Below are positions 26,943-38,584 of a stretch of 64,000 bases of DNA, piece after piece. The translations under genes and the position numbers were made by a program. Where the stretch lies: contig OZ199840.1 of assembly GCA_964304625.1 (NCBI GenBank), positions 8,999,209 through 9,063,208 of the forward strand, in the 5' to 3' direction. Each line of letters begins with the position of its first letter. Positions within the stretch are counted from its first letter, which is position 1. A model generated the notes under the pieces. That model saw only the letters and a program-made list of their open reading frames with translations, was not told where the DNA came from and made no database searches. This stretch comes from Kudoa neothunni (Eukaryota > Animalia > Cnidaria).

Positions 26943-29517
26943 AACTAGCGCAAAAACCCCGCGGACTAAAGCTTTGAATAGGCCAAGGTCAGTTTATGTT
27001 AAAAATAAATTATAATTAGGTTATCGTTCTTTTGACAACAGAGTCGATCAAACTATACAGCAATAATATGATCATCTTCATTTTCTTCTTTATTGGACTT
27101 TATCTACACTTAGAAATCATAAGTTCTTACAACTCACGTGGCGTATTAAGCGCTTTAACCAAACCGTTTATGAACTAACAAATCTGAAAGTTTGTTAAAA
27201 TTGTTGCATTTAATTATAACATGCTAACATCACTTTATGTTTATTTAAAAAATATTTAAAACTTTTTTTTAATTAAGCGTGCAAAGTGAATATTTTATTC
27301 ACGTGTATTAATATTAATCTCTTGTTTAAACAAAAAATCTTCGTATACACCGAGTTCCCGCCTATGCACGAACGAACGTTGTAGAACTTGTTAACTTAGT
27401 TTAAAGTGTAGAAAAGAGTAAAGTTTAAATTACAATTGTATTTAAATAATATAAATTGAAGTTATATACGCATATCACCGAACATTATAGCGAATCGCGT
27501 GCTGTGGTAATCTTATTATTATCAACGCTAATCTATTTACTAAAAGTTGACATTACCAATTCACCACTTTATAACAATGCAGACAATCCAGTTATATTTT
27601 CGTGATTAATTTTGTATTTTTTAAAGTTCAAAAATAAGCTCAAATACTAAATAAAGTCTCTGTGTGAAGAGAAGATTAGTGCACACACACACAAGGACAC
27701 TACAAATTTATACTTTAGGTAACCGATATTCGATAAATTCGGACCTTCTTCTATTAGAATGTTGTTTTAATATTTTAAACCGTATATTTTATTTTTTTGG
27801 TTGGTTTTAATAATAATTTACGAATATTTTAAAAATTGAATATTGGAAAATGATTTTTTCCTATTATTAGCGCTTAACCGCTTTTCCGGAACTTTTCTGC
27901 TCTAGGCGTATTTAGTGGTGTGCCTTTTTTTACAATTATGTCTTGAAAATTTAAAAATGGGGAAATAATTAAACTCAAATATAAGTATATTGATTTTATT
28001 TAAAGAATATTAAACAGGAATGTAAAAATACTACTTTTCATAAATTTAAGCTCAATTCTATTTCTACTCTAGATATCATCTTGATTAAGAAGAAAGATAT
28101 AGTTTTATCTTATAAACGGGCTTGGCTAGTTTAGAGAGAAAAATTTTTAAGCAATGTTCAAAGCACGACATCGATACTTTAGTATATGACTGGGTGAATT
28201 ACTTGAGATAAAACAAATTGGACTATCTGCTCATGATATCATACATGAAAGAAACTAATTGACCAAAGAATTGAACCTAAACGTAATAATGACCCATGAT
28301 TGTTTTCTTGGTTTTAAATCACGATTTAATTTAAAAAGATCACTGCTTATGATAATGTTGCTTATGCTGACTAAGATTTTGTAGAAAATTGGTAATCTAA
28401 ATTGAATGACTAAATCAAAGGTAACAACGATGACTGTATCATTAAGCTCGATGAAATTGCACTATTTTATTAACAACATAGAGGTCCATTACTTTTAATG
28501 CTATGTTTTGTCGAGAGAAAAAAATCTAAAATATAGTTATTGTTTTGCGGAATGCATCTATGCCTGGAGGTTGCATTGAATCTCTTGTGATCGGGAATCA
28601 CAAATACCAGGTTGTTTTAAAAATCCTAAAGCATTTATAGTAAATTACAACTCAAATAGGGAAGAATAGATGACTATGGAAACATTAACAAATATCCTTC
28701 TAATTTTGACAACGTATTCAAATCGAAGTACAAGAAAGTTTTGCTACTTCTTAATGATGCCATTTGTCACGCCAAAATTCATTTATCCAATATCTCTCTT
28801 ATATTCCTTACAAAAAATTCGTCCAGCGTTTTGCAACTATTGGCCCATGGAACTATTTATTATACAAATCAAAATTACAAAAATTATTCAATAGAAAATC
28901 ATATTGCTGCAGTTAGCAGTGACATAAATGCATCCTCCCTAGATTCGCTTAAAACCTTGTTCCTAAATAAAAAATAATGGGACGGTGTTTCAAAGGATAT
29001 TGTATTTAACTGATTCAGAAAATATGAGTTACCGGCAGCTGATAAATACGAGCGTTCATTAAATATTAATTTAAGCAATCAAGAATTCTCAGCTGGAAAT
29101 TCCGAGATTATTAATTAAAGGGGAAGTCATTATGCCTACATCAAAACACTATGAAAAGCCTGCTCCTTTGATCGTTGAACCTTCTAATTTTAAAACTGAA
29201 GATTTAGGAGTGGCAGAATTTATATCAGAAAAAAAGTCTTTAAATATTTAAAAAAAACAGAATCAATAATAAATATACGACAGAGGAATTGATTATTTAA
29301 ACGAAATAATGACTTAAGGTGATAAAATTACAACATATGCCTTTAAAAATATAAATAAAATAACATTAAATAATATATTATTTCAATAAAGGGAGATAAA
29401 CGTATAAACGAAATTAATTTCTATAAAATAAATATATTTTTTAATTTTTTTGTGCGCAGAAAGTTACGGAAAATCGGTTACCTATTATATATATATATAG
29501 ATAGATAGATAGATAGA
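26943..29517 (+). mobile_element. Helitron-like non-autonomous element interrupted by a Tigger element
   Basis: One end reads ACTAGCGCAAAAACCCCGCGG. The other has (CA)n..TTTATACTTTA before the insertion and TATTATATATATATAGATAGATAG after it, an end structure resembling Lep1/DINE-type elements. Confidence 0.45.
27718..29482 (+). mobile_element. Degenerate Tigger/pogo (CENP-B HTH + DDE_1) transposon
   Basis: TIRs GGTAACCGATATTCGATAAATTC and GGTAACCGATTTTCCGTAACTTTC flanked by TA. Remnants LDEIALFY, RKVLLLLNDA..H, FLTKNSSSVLQLLAHGTI (cf. FLPPNTTS.LQPLDQGII) and WDGVS..FRK. Confidence 0.85.
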
Positions 29518-30466
29518 CCTCATGAAGAAATATAATGAAATTTGTTTTTACCCAATATTTATCTGTTCATTATCAACATGGTTGTATTTTTCGCACTAAA
29601 TACTATATTATCTACGTTATCTTGTTTCTAATAACCAAGCATAAACTAAAATTTAATCAATAACGAACATAAGTAGCATAAAAATAAATGTAGATGTCAC
29701 TTTAACCATGCATTAATCCAGATTTCAAGGCAATTTTATCCGAAAATTCGAGCATAATTTTGTTTCGAGTTACGGTCGCTGAAGTTTCGGTTAAGCGACT
29801 TTTTTTTATTTAGAATCTATATCATTTTTAAATCAATTTTAAAAAATCATTCGGATTAACGAATTTTGGGGAAAACGGGTTCGATAGTATATAGATACCT
29901 TGAATGACAAATTAAATTAACGTTATTATAAAGACGTGATCATCTAGTGGTTGATTGTCATGGAGATAGTCGATTTCTGTTTGAATTTACCCAAACCTTG
30001 GAAATTTTCTAACGTAAATTTACATTTGTCTCGACTTAATGAATCAAAAAGTTTAATTAAGGTTTTATATTTTAATTTCATTGGTTTTAATGATTTTATA
30101 TGTGGTGATAATTCGTTAAGAGTTTCAAATTATTAAACTGTAAAAATAATGCAACTAGAAACATTATTACAAAACATGCCATAATTTATTATTTGTTATT
30201 TTCCGATAAAATGAATTCTTTAAAAATAAGGAAGTTGATATTATATTGGTGGTTAAAGAAAAACGCAAATGAACTATCAGCGAACACATTTTCAACTTCA
30301 ATAAACACACACTTGCAACATAACAAACCTATTAAAGAATTTGTTTGAAGTCTTATTCATGTTCAAAAAATTGTATGTGATTATTTATATATAAGAAATC
30401 AATAAGTAGAAACTTGATTAATAAAAGTAATAATGATTTTAACATGAAAATGTGATATGTTTTTAT

Positions 30467-31963
30467 TCATTCTTCTGCATCTTCTTCTTCTCGATCGTTT
30501 TCTATCGTCTCCTCTATTCCAACATCTTCACCATTGTCATAATGGCCACTACAGATCGCTTTGCATTTCTCCCCTGTTTCAAAATTGTTGGAATTCCCAT
30601 CATATCCTTTGTAATAAAACGCGTGGCATTTATGGTCAGATTGTTTATAATAGTATCTCTTGACTTTAAATATATTTGAGTCGTTGCCCGAGTTGTTGAC
30701 CACAACTCCCTTTTTCTTTCTAACACAAGTTTCTTGGATTACAATTTTCTTTTCATAATTCTCTAAATTTTTTCCGAATTCAAAATAGTTTTAAGCACAA
30801 TGTAAATATGAAAATTCTATATAATTTGAATTTTTTGAATGAATTAAAAATGTACCTGCCCCGCAATAGCTATGGCACATTTCCATGGTGGGGAAATTAT
30901 TTTTCTCTGGATCAAAGTCCGCTTTTCCTGCGTGTTTCCCTGTTTCCATGCGTTTACACACTTTTTTCGTTTTGTCATAATAATATCTGAACTCAACATC
31001 ATCTTTCGGTTCATCTGGTTTAGTTATAGCAGTTTGAGATGGACCAATATCGCATGCAGCTACTCTCTTTTTATGTTGTGGCACATCACTAGTATGTGTG
31101 CTTGGGTATGCTAAAATACATGAGACATTGATGTAAATAATAAATATACGAAAACATTTTTTAACACATTCACCAAACGAGCCGAAAACCCCTCTTGTGT
31201 TTGAGTCTAATGAGACTGCTGCATAAGCACATTTACTTTTACCTTTATCAGCAATAATTGCTGTGCTTGGATCTTTGTCTTTAACATCGGGTCTAAGGTC
31301 GCAGTCCAATATATTCGGAACTTCGTAATGTGTACGATTCTGAAGTGTAACTATTTTATCATCAGCATTTGTAAGCCCACCATTCCTTTTATCTACAAAA
31401 CATGATTTAATTCTCTAGAGATGCTCATATTTTTTTTACTTAAACAATAAAACCTGCATTCTTCTAGATCGTTGTAACGATTAAAGCTCCCTCCGCATCC
31501 ATTATATTGAAAAGGAACACAATCGGCTTTAGTTTGATCAAAATAGAACTGCGGATTTGTATTTGTATTTTTCACGCAATGTCCTGGATGATGTGGTTTT
31601 TTGCACCCTTGAAGCTTTTCTTTTGTCGTCAACTGTCCTACTATAATTGGTCATAAATTTACATTAATTTAAAAAAATACAATGCATCTCGCATAGTCCT
31701 TTTGATGCGAAATTGTTATAATTTCCTTTGATACCTCGGTATTCAAGAGGTTTGCATTTAGCATCTTGGATGTCTATGAACCATCGATCGATGACATTAT
31801 TCATATTTCTTTCTCCATCTACAGGCCAATCTCCCTCATCTCTTTCATAAGAGGGTAATATAGGATCTAAAGGATTATCAAAACGAGATGAAAATGTTTA
31901 TTTACCTGACAAAAAAGTGGGAAAATATAGCACAACAAGTATCTTGAATAACATCAGATTCAT
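30467..31963 (-). CDS. Secreted multi-Kunitz/BPTI protein (5 domains, acidic C-terminal tail), 6 exons
   Basis: Signal peptide MNLMLFKILVVLYFPTFLS. Domain 2 is canonical (C..PGHC..FYFD..C.PFQYNGCGGSFNRY..C...C). Domains 1, 4 and 5 keep R(W/Y)(F/Y)..C..NNF..C; domain 3 is the most degenerate. Phase-1 introns separate the domains. Tail ..EETIENDREEEDAEE*. Confidence 0.88.
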
Positions 31964-32099
31964 TCATGACAGACAATCCGAGTAATAAAAATTATGACGA
32001 AGATGGATTATCAAGTGCACATAAAAAATTAAATCAATAGTTTATTGGATAATAAGATTAAAACAAATTAATTAAGAGGTCACGAACTTTTTTTGTTCG

Positions 32100-33142
32100 T
32101 CGACCCCCCTTCAGAGATGTTATTAAAAATATCAGAACATTCTCAACTTTTCGGATTAACAACGCGAAACATCTACTCTGTTGGAACCATAAGAAGGAAT
32201 AGAATTCAAGACTGTCCATTAACCCCAGTAAAATAATTCAGCAAGAAAGGTCGCGGTTCTTACGTTATCTTTCAGGATACCAATAATGGAACAATATTAA
32301 CTCAACGGTGTGACGGTTCTGTTGCTAAGCCTTCTTCTACTCATTCTTCATCCCAACCTCTTCGTGTGGTTAAAAGATTCGATAGAAGGACTAAAAAGAC
32401 AACAAATATTGACTACCCAAATGTAGTTTCAGAATATAATAAAAACACGGGTGGAGTTGATTTGTCAGACATGATGGCACTGTACAAGTCAAACCACAAA
32501 TGACGAAAGTTTTATATGCGAATATTATTTTTGGGGTGCAACATCGCCATAATCAATGCTTGGTTATTATGTAGACGAAATACAAAGGACAATGATGACA
32601 ACAACCAAGTAATGGACTTTATGTCCTTTAATCAGTCTATAAGTGAAAGTTTGATTCACTTCAAAAAATCCAATATGATAACAAGCGGTGAGCGTCCTTC
32701 ATTGGGTGATTTTAAAGTTATAGCTGTTGATCATTTGTAAAAAAAACAATTGAAACCCCCTATCGGAGTCAATAAGATTCGATAACGTCGGACATTATAC
32801 TGAAATAGTGGATACAAAAGGAATGTGCAGATTGTATATAAAAGAACAAAATTCAGCTACATTAAATATGGGATACAATGTTGTATTGTTAAACAGAGAA
32901 ACTATTTCTATTTAATTTACAACAGATAATTTTATGTTGTATTTTTAAAACTCGAACCGGATTCGATGGAAATATTTTATCGCGCGAATGCCCAATGGGC
33001 ATTCTGGTGACCACGACGAAAAATGTTATAAAATAATATTTAAACATTTATTTGGATTCGACATTTTTTTTATAAAATAAAAATGAAATCTTTATTTAAT
33101 ATAATTTTTATAACTCTAATTAAAAATTTGCAAACGAAAGGG
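32100..33142 (+). mobile_element. 5'-truncated degenerate piggyBac
   Basis: VSEYNKNTGGVDLSDMM, KFYMRILF..NIAIINAWLL, decayed C-terminal Cys region; right end AAAGGG|TTAA (33143-33146). Confidence 0.85.
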
Positions 33143-34070
33143 TTAAAACGGGGCATGTGCAAATTAGATTTTCGTACTTCGGTCATTAAATTTATAAAAT
33201 CTACTGTTAAGTTCTAGATATACTTTAATCCATATGCATAGTCACGTGTTTCGGTAGTTTATAAAATGAGCGTTTATGGTGGCATTAACATCTACTTGAT
33301 AGAATTATCCTAAATTTTTTTAAAACAGAGCATATACTATAACGGTTATAATAAATAAAAAAAAATCTGAGGTGTCACATCCCCAAATCAATTCGTTTAA
33401 GTGTTAATATCCATTATTGATTTCACATTAAAATACTTAAAAATCGTATATTGGGATTAGTGACGATTGCTCTAATATATAATTAATTTAAAATAAAAAT
33501 AACTATTGAATATTTTGGTTTTTAGTTACTTAATGTATGTAAATATAAATATACCTTAATAAAATAAAGTAAATATTTTCACGTTGGAATTTTGGAACAA
33601 ATATTATTATAAAATTTTTTTAATCGTGAATTATCTATCCAATAAAATTTATAAACTAAAACCCACTTTAAGAGATTTCATCGTTAAATTTAAATATTTT
33701 CATTCTAATTTTAAATATAATAAATCAGAAAGATCTGGTTTTAAAAAACGAAGTCACAAGATTGAACATTTACAAATTTATTATTAACATATACAAATAA
33801 AAAAAATTCAGCGAACAATTGACGACTTTGAATTTGTTAAAATTATAGAGAATTAATCATTTTTTTGATGTATTTATCAACAACATAGAGATTCTACGTG
33901 AATCCCAATGTGGTTGACATAAGATTAACTTATAGTCTATAGCTTAATTTTTTTCAGTTGAATTGAACTATAAATGTAATTTTTTGTCATAAGAATAAAA
34001 ATGAAAAAACTTTTGAAAAAGAAGTGAAATAATAGGACGAATTGTAGGAAACGACACTATTTCCGATTTT

Positions 34071-36903
34071 GTATGCGACACCGCCCGAGGTTCGTGCACA
34101 GATACTGTAGTACTGAATTTTAGCTAAATTTTAAAAGAAATAAAATATTTTATTCAAAAAAAATGCGCTGTCGAATTTGATAAGAAAATTTCTCCTAACT
34201 TTTATTACAAAAATCCACTGTGAACGTATCACACGATTTTGTTAATACATTGACTTAATCCGGGGGTCGTCAAACTACGACCAACTTACGTTTCCATAAT
34301 GACTTGTAAAATTTAGTTATTTAGTGTTACTCTGTAATTAAATGGTACTCAACTTCTATAAAAATTGTCTTGTTAGATTCATAGTTAAGTTCTTTCTTAA
34401 TAATTGTTATTATTAAAATTAATCATAAAAATTGAAAAACTTGCATTCTCGATACTCGTATAGTAATATTACCCTTTATTCGTTTTCAAATATCAAAATA
34501 TTTAATGATATATGTATAAGAAATCGTAATTTTGTCAGAAAACTTAAAAACTTGGATTTAAATATTGAATCTTTTATTGGTTTCATGACTGTTTAGTGAC
34601 GTATGCAACAATCAGGGTTTCAATCATTCTTATTGATTTGTGTTCATTTTCACGCGCCCTGTCTCTTCGATTTATCGTGCGAAAATGGCGGGTTATGGAA
34701 GAAAGAGAAAAATCGACCTTGAGTGTCGAATGTTTAACGATGAGTGGAATATAAAGTACTTTGTTATTAAATTTGGCAAAAAAGCAATATGTGTTATTTG
34801 TGACAACACTGTCGCAGTACTGGAAGAATTTAATATTCGCAGACATAACGAGACAAAACATTCGTCGAAGTATTCAAGATAAAATGGAATACTCCGTACG
34901 GAGAAATTCAGATCATTAAAAAATAATTTGTCGTCGAGGCAATTGATCTTCAAAAAAATTATCCATAAAAATGAAGCTACCACAAGAGGTAGTTTTCATG
35001 TGGCCTATTTGGTAGCCAAAAAGGGAACCATTTTCTAATGATGAAATTTCCAAGGAGGCTCTAAAGGACGTGGTGAATGAGGTATGTCCGGAAAAAGCCA
35101 GCTCATTTTCCGAGATAAGTCTTTCGACAAACACAATAGGTCATAGAGTGGAGAATAAGGGTGAAAATATTATTTCGTAATTACGAGATAAAATAGATGA
35201 ATTTGTCTGCTTTTCTATCACCCTGGATGAATCCACTGATGTATCAAACACCTCTTAAATTTTATTTTTCATTAGAGGGGTTAATACTGAGTTGATAGTT
35301 ACAGAAGAACTCCTCTCGGTACATAGCATTAGCATACATGGAACTACAAGGGGTCTCGATTTATTTAACGAGATTGAAAAGTCATTCAAAAATTCCAACC
35401 TAGACTGGAATAAACTTAAATGCGTCACTACTGATAGGGTTAGAACTATGAGTGGAAAAACAAAAGGTTTAGTTGGACAAATATGTAATACGATTGAAAA
35501 CTCTGGTGGACAAAAACCTTTGGCGCCTCATTGTATTATTCATCAACAAGCTCTCTACGTGGAAAATATAGTTACCTGTCATCAGTATTAAATCCCGTTG
35601 TTTCCATTGTTAGTTTTGCCCGGTCACATGGATTCCATCGTAGACAATTTAAGGAATTTTTGGAAGATTCACATGCTGAATACTCGAGTTTGCCATATTA
35701 CACAAATACGAGATGGCTTAGCTGTAGAAAGGTTTTAAGTCGATACTTTGACTCAAGAACAGAAATTGGGTTTTTTTTCTTACTGAACATAAAAATCCTC
35801 TAAATTTGTTAAAAAATGATGATTGAATCTGGAAATTTTCTTTTTTTGCAGATTTGACAGTACATCCGCACGATTTTAATCTTAAATTGCAAAGCAAAAC
35901 AATGTTAATAAACGATTTTTATTCATTAATGAAAGCGCTTCGACAGAAATTGATTTTTTTTAATTCGCAATGAAATAGTAATTGTTTCACTCATTTTTCA
36001 CGTGATAAACATGCCCAACAAAGAAATGTATCTTTTCCAACTACTGTCGCCCTAGACACTTTCCGATTTAACGCTGCGGTTTGATGAGCGTTTCAACGAT
36101 ATTGAGACAATTTCCTCGAATATTTCAATGTTAGAAAATCTTTTTAGATGTCACATCGACCAATTACTTGCAGAGTTGAAAATGGAAATCATTGACCATC
36201 AAGCTAATGAAATATACAAACGTAAATATAATGAAATCAATTTATTACAATTTTAAAAGCTTTTGCCTCATCATGATTTTCCGAATCTTTTATCTTTTAC
36301 TAGTAGATATATTTCAATATTAACACAACGTATTTTCGCGAGAAAAACATTTTCAGAAATGAAATATATGAAATCCGCATACGGAACACAGTTGTGTAAT
36401 GATCGCTAAAATTAAATATTGATGATAAGGATGTCAAAGTTCATATCACAGTGGGATATTATTATACCAGATCTGAAACGACTTCACTTTTCACATAATT
36501 GAAAATAAACTTATTATTTTTTCTGTTATAATTATTTATTTTTATTATTTCGTCCCAAGAATTTTTTATGCGAAGTTATTCAGTTTTCCAAGTTTTTTTG
36601 TTTGAATTTTTAATTCGACCCTCCGAGTAATATCAACAACCCAATCTGACCTTAGCCTCAAAAAGTTTGGAGACCCCTGATCTATATGTTTTCATAAATC
36701 CTCAAATCATACCAATCATATCACGTGAAAATGTTTTTAGTCACTTTGTAGGATGTAAATCTTTTATAAGTTTTTACATATTTTTCTGCGTTAAAATTTT
36801 TTCTTTCCATACGTGTGTCCAAATGGAGCGATATGCCTCTTTATAAAGAATGAAAAATATGTACGCACTCACACGGATTTTCGGTTTACTCTATATAGTA
36901 GAT
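34071..36903 (+). mobile_element. Helitron-like non-autonomous element interrupted by a hAT element
   Basis: One end GCGACACCGCCCGAGGTTCGTGCAC, the other ..CACACGG..CTCTATATAGTAGAT. The same TATATAGTAGAT end occurs inverted at about 57793-57804. Confidence 0.4.
34261..36679 (+). mobile_element. hAT transposon, Buster/SPIN (GTF2IRD2-like) type, with pseudogenised transposase at about 34685-36500
   Basis: TIRs CGGGGGTCGTCAAACT and CAGGGGTCTCCAAACT. Motifs KRKIDLECRMFNDEW, CVIC..NIRRH..H, LDESTD, GTTRG.D, CVTTD, HCIIHQQAL and TRWLS; multiple stops and frameshifts. Confidence 0.93.
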
Positions 36904-37018
36904 GAATTGATTTTGGCATTATCGATCCAAATATCAACTGTTAAGTACATACTATGATGATTGATTATTTTAGTTAATGTATCCATTCTTATATACATAC
37001 GCTCATACCCATTCATAA

Positions 37019-37324
37019 TTATTTTTTAACGCATTTTTTGATTAAAATCTTAAGTCTAGCACTAGGTTCATTGAACTTTTTGCCTAAGTTAAATGTAAAG
37101 TTTATTGTCTCTGTAAACGATGCACTTTCCCTTATTGTAAACGGGGAGATTGTTTCAGCTACAATATTAGCAATTTTAATGTCAAACATTACTTGATCTG
37201 ATACACTTAAATTTACATTGGAGGGAGGTGAAACAAATAATTCATTAATTTTAATATTTTTATTTGTTTTAGCATGTAAATTATATAAGTTTATTTTGTT
37301 TACAATGTCAAACCCCTGGCGCAA
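37019..37324 (-). mobile_element. Possible hAT (Ac/hobo-type) transposase fragment
   Basis: IVAETISPFTIRESASF resembles the hAT PF..VE..GF block; no termini found. Confidence 0.35.
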
Positions 37325-38584
37325 CTTGTTAGGTTGTGAAGATGGGGCTAGTTAGACCTTCTTCATATACGCTTTAGGCACCGCATCGTCATATTAAGGC
37401 AACTTAGATTTATGCGGTAGTGTGGGATTTTAACCCATTAAACATCCTCGTTTTGGAACAACCATTTCCTCAATCATACTCTGGACTAACCCAAAATTAG
37501 TCTGGGAAAGTCGTCTGAGTGCGGGCGTCGGCTCTACAGAAACCCCCTAATGGGTTATTTTTCATTCTTGTACTTTGTCGTTTATGAGCACAAAAGATCT
37601 ACCCTTCCGCCAGTGTTCCCTCCCATTTGGAAGAAAGGCCACGATAAATCGTAGATCCTTGCGATTACTACAGCCTTCCTACTTAATTTTGGATTAGGAG
37701 TACAGGAACGCATGGATCAGACCTCGAAATCGCAACCTCACGGATGTGAGCTCCACCTAACACCACTATGCCATATTGTCCAGGCTATTTAGTAATAATG
37801 GAAAACGCCTTTGCTCATCCTGCTGATAAAATGGGTATTTATTGGATAAGTTCAGTTTCATCAAAGTAACATTTTTACCCCCAATACCATCCTGATACTT
37901 CATCCTATGGGTTGTTAAGTCATTTATAACTTCAAGAAACTTTACACCAAAACCATTTCCGTATTTTCTTGTGGACTATGGAATACAGTTAAAGCTGTTG
38001 GAATTGTTTTATAATAAAATTTTTCCACTTAAATTGCATATAAATAATTGGCAGTGCTTGGCGTTAAGTCACGTACCGAACTCTGATAGTAGCATGGATA
38101 TAACAAAGGTCAAAGTGTATATTAAAACATTACTTTGAGAGATTTTAGTCTTATAGATTTTAGACATTCCATTCATTGAAAATTAACCCGTTGGACATAA
38201 TATTTCAATTAGAAACCAATGGGGCTCAAATTAAACAATGAAGACATCGAGGAGATAGTAGGGATCATTCGGAAGAATTATTTACTGCAGAGCTGCTACA
38301 TTTACGATATAAGGGGTAAAAATACTTGTTTAAAAACGACGTTTAATGAATTTATTTTGATACTTTTTATAAAGATACAGTACTGATGAAAGGAGCAGTC
38401 GAATTTTTTAAAGATATAATTATAAATTTTGTGAGAAAATTTCTGAAATCAAGGAAAAACAATCATAATGTTTTTAACAACTAAACAAGAATAGCTAACT
38501 CAGAAAAAGATCAGACTGGAATCAAATTTTTTTAGAAGTATCCCACAATCAAATAATTCGCCTCTTAACGAACGTGTAAACCTA

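Noticed and set aside
38200-38560. Possible Tigger C-terminal remnant (NEDIEE..HSEEL..EL)
   Set aside because: Too short and decayed, with no termini.
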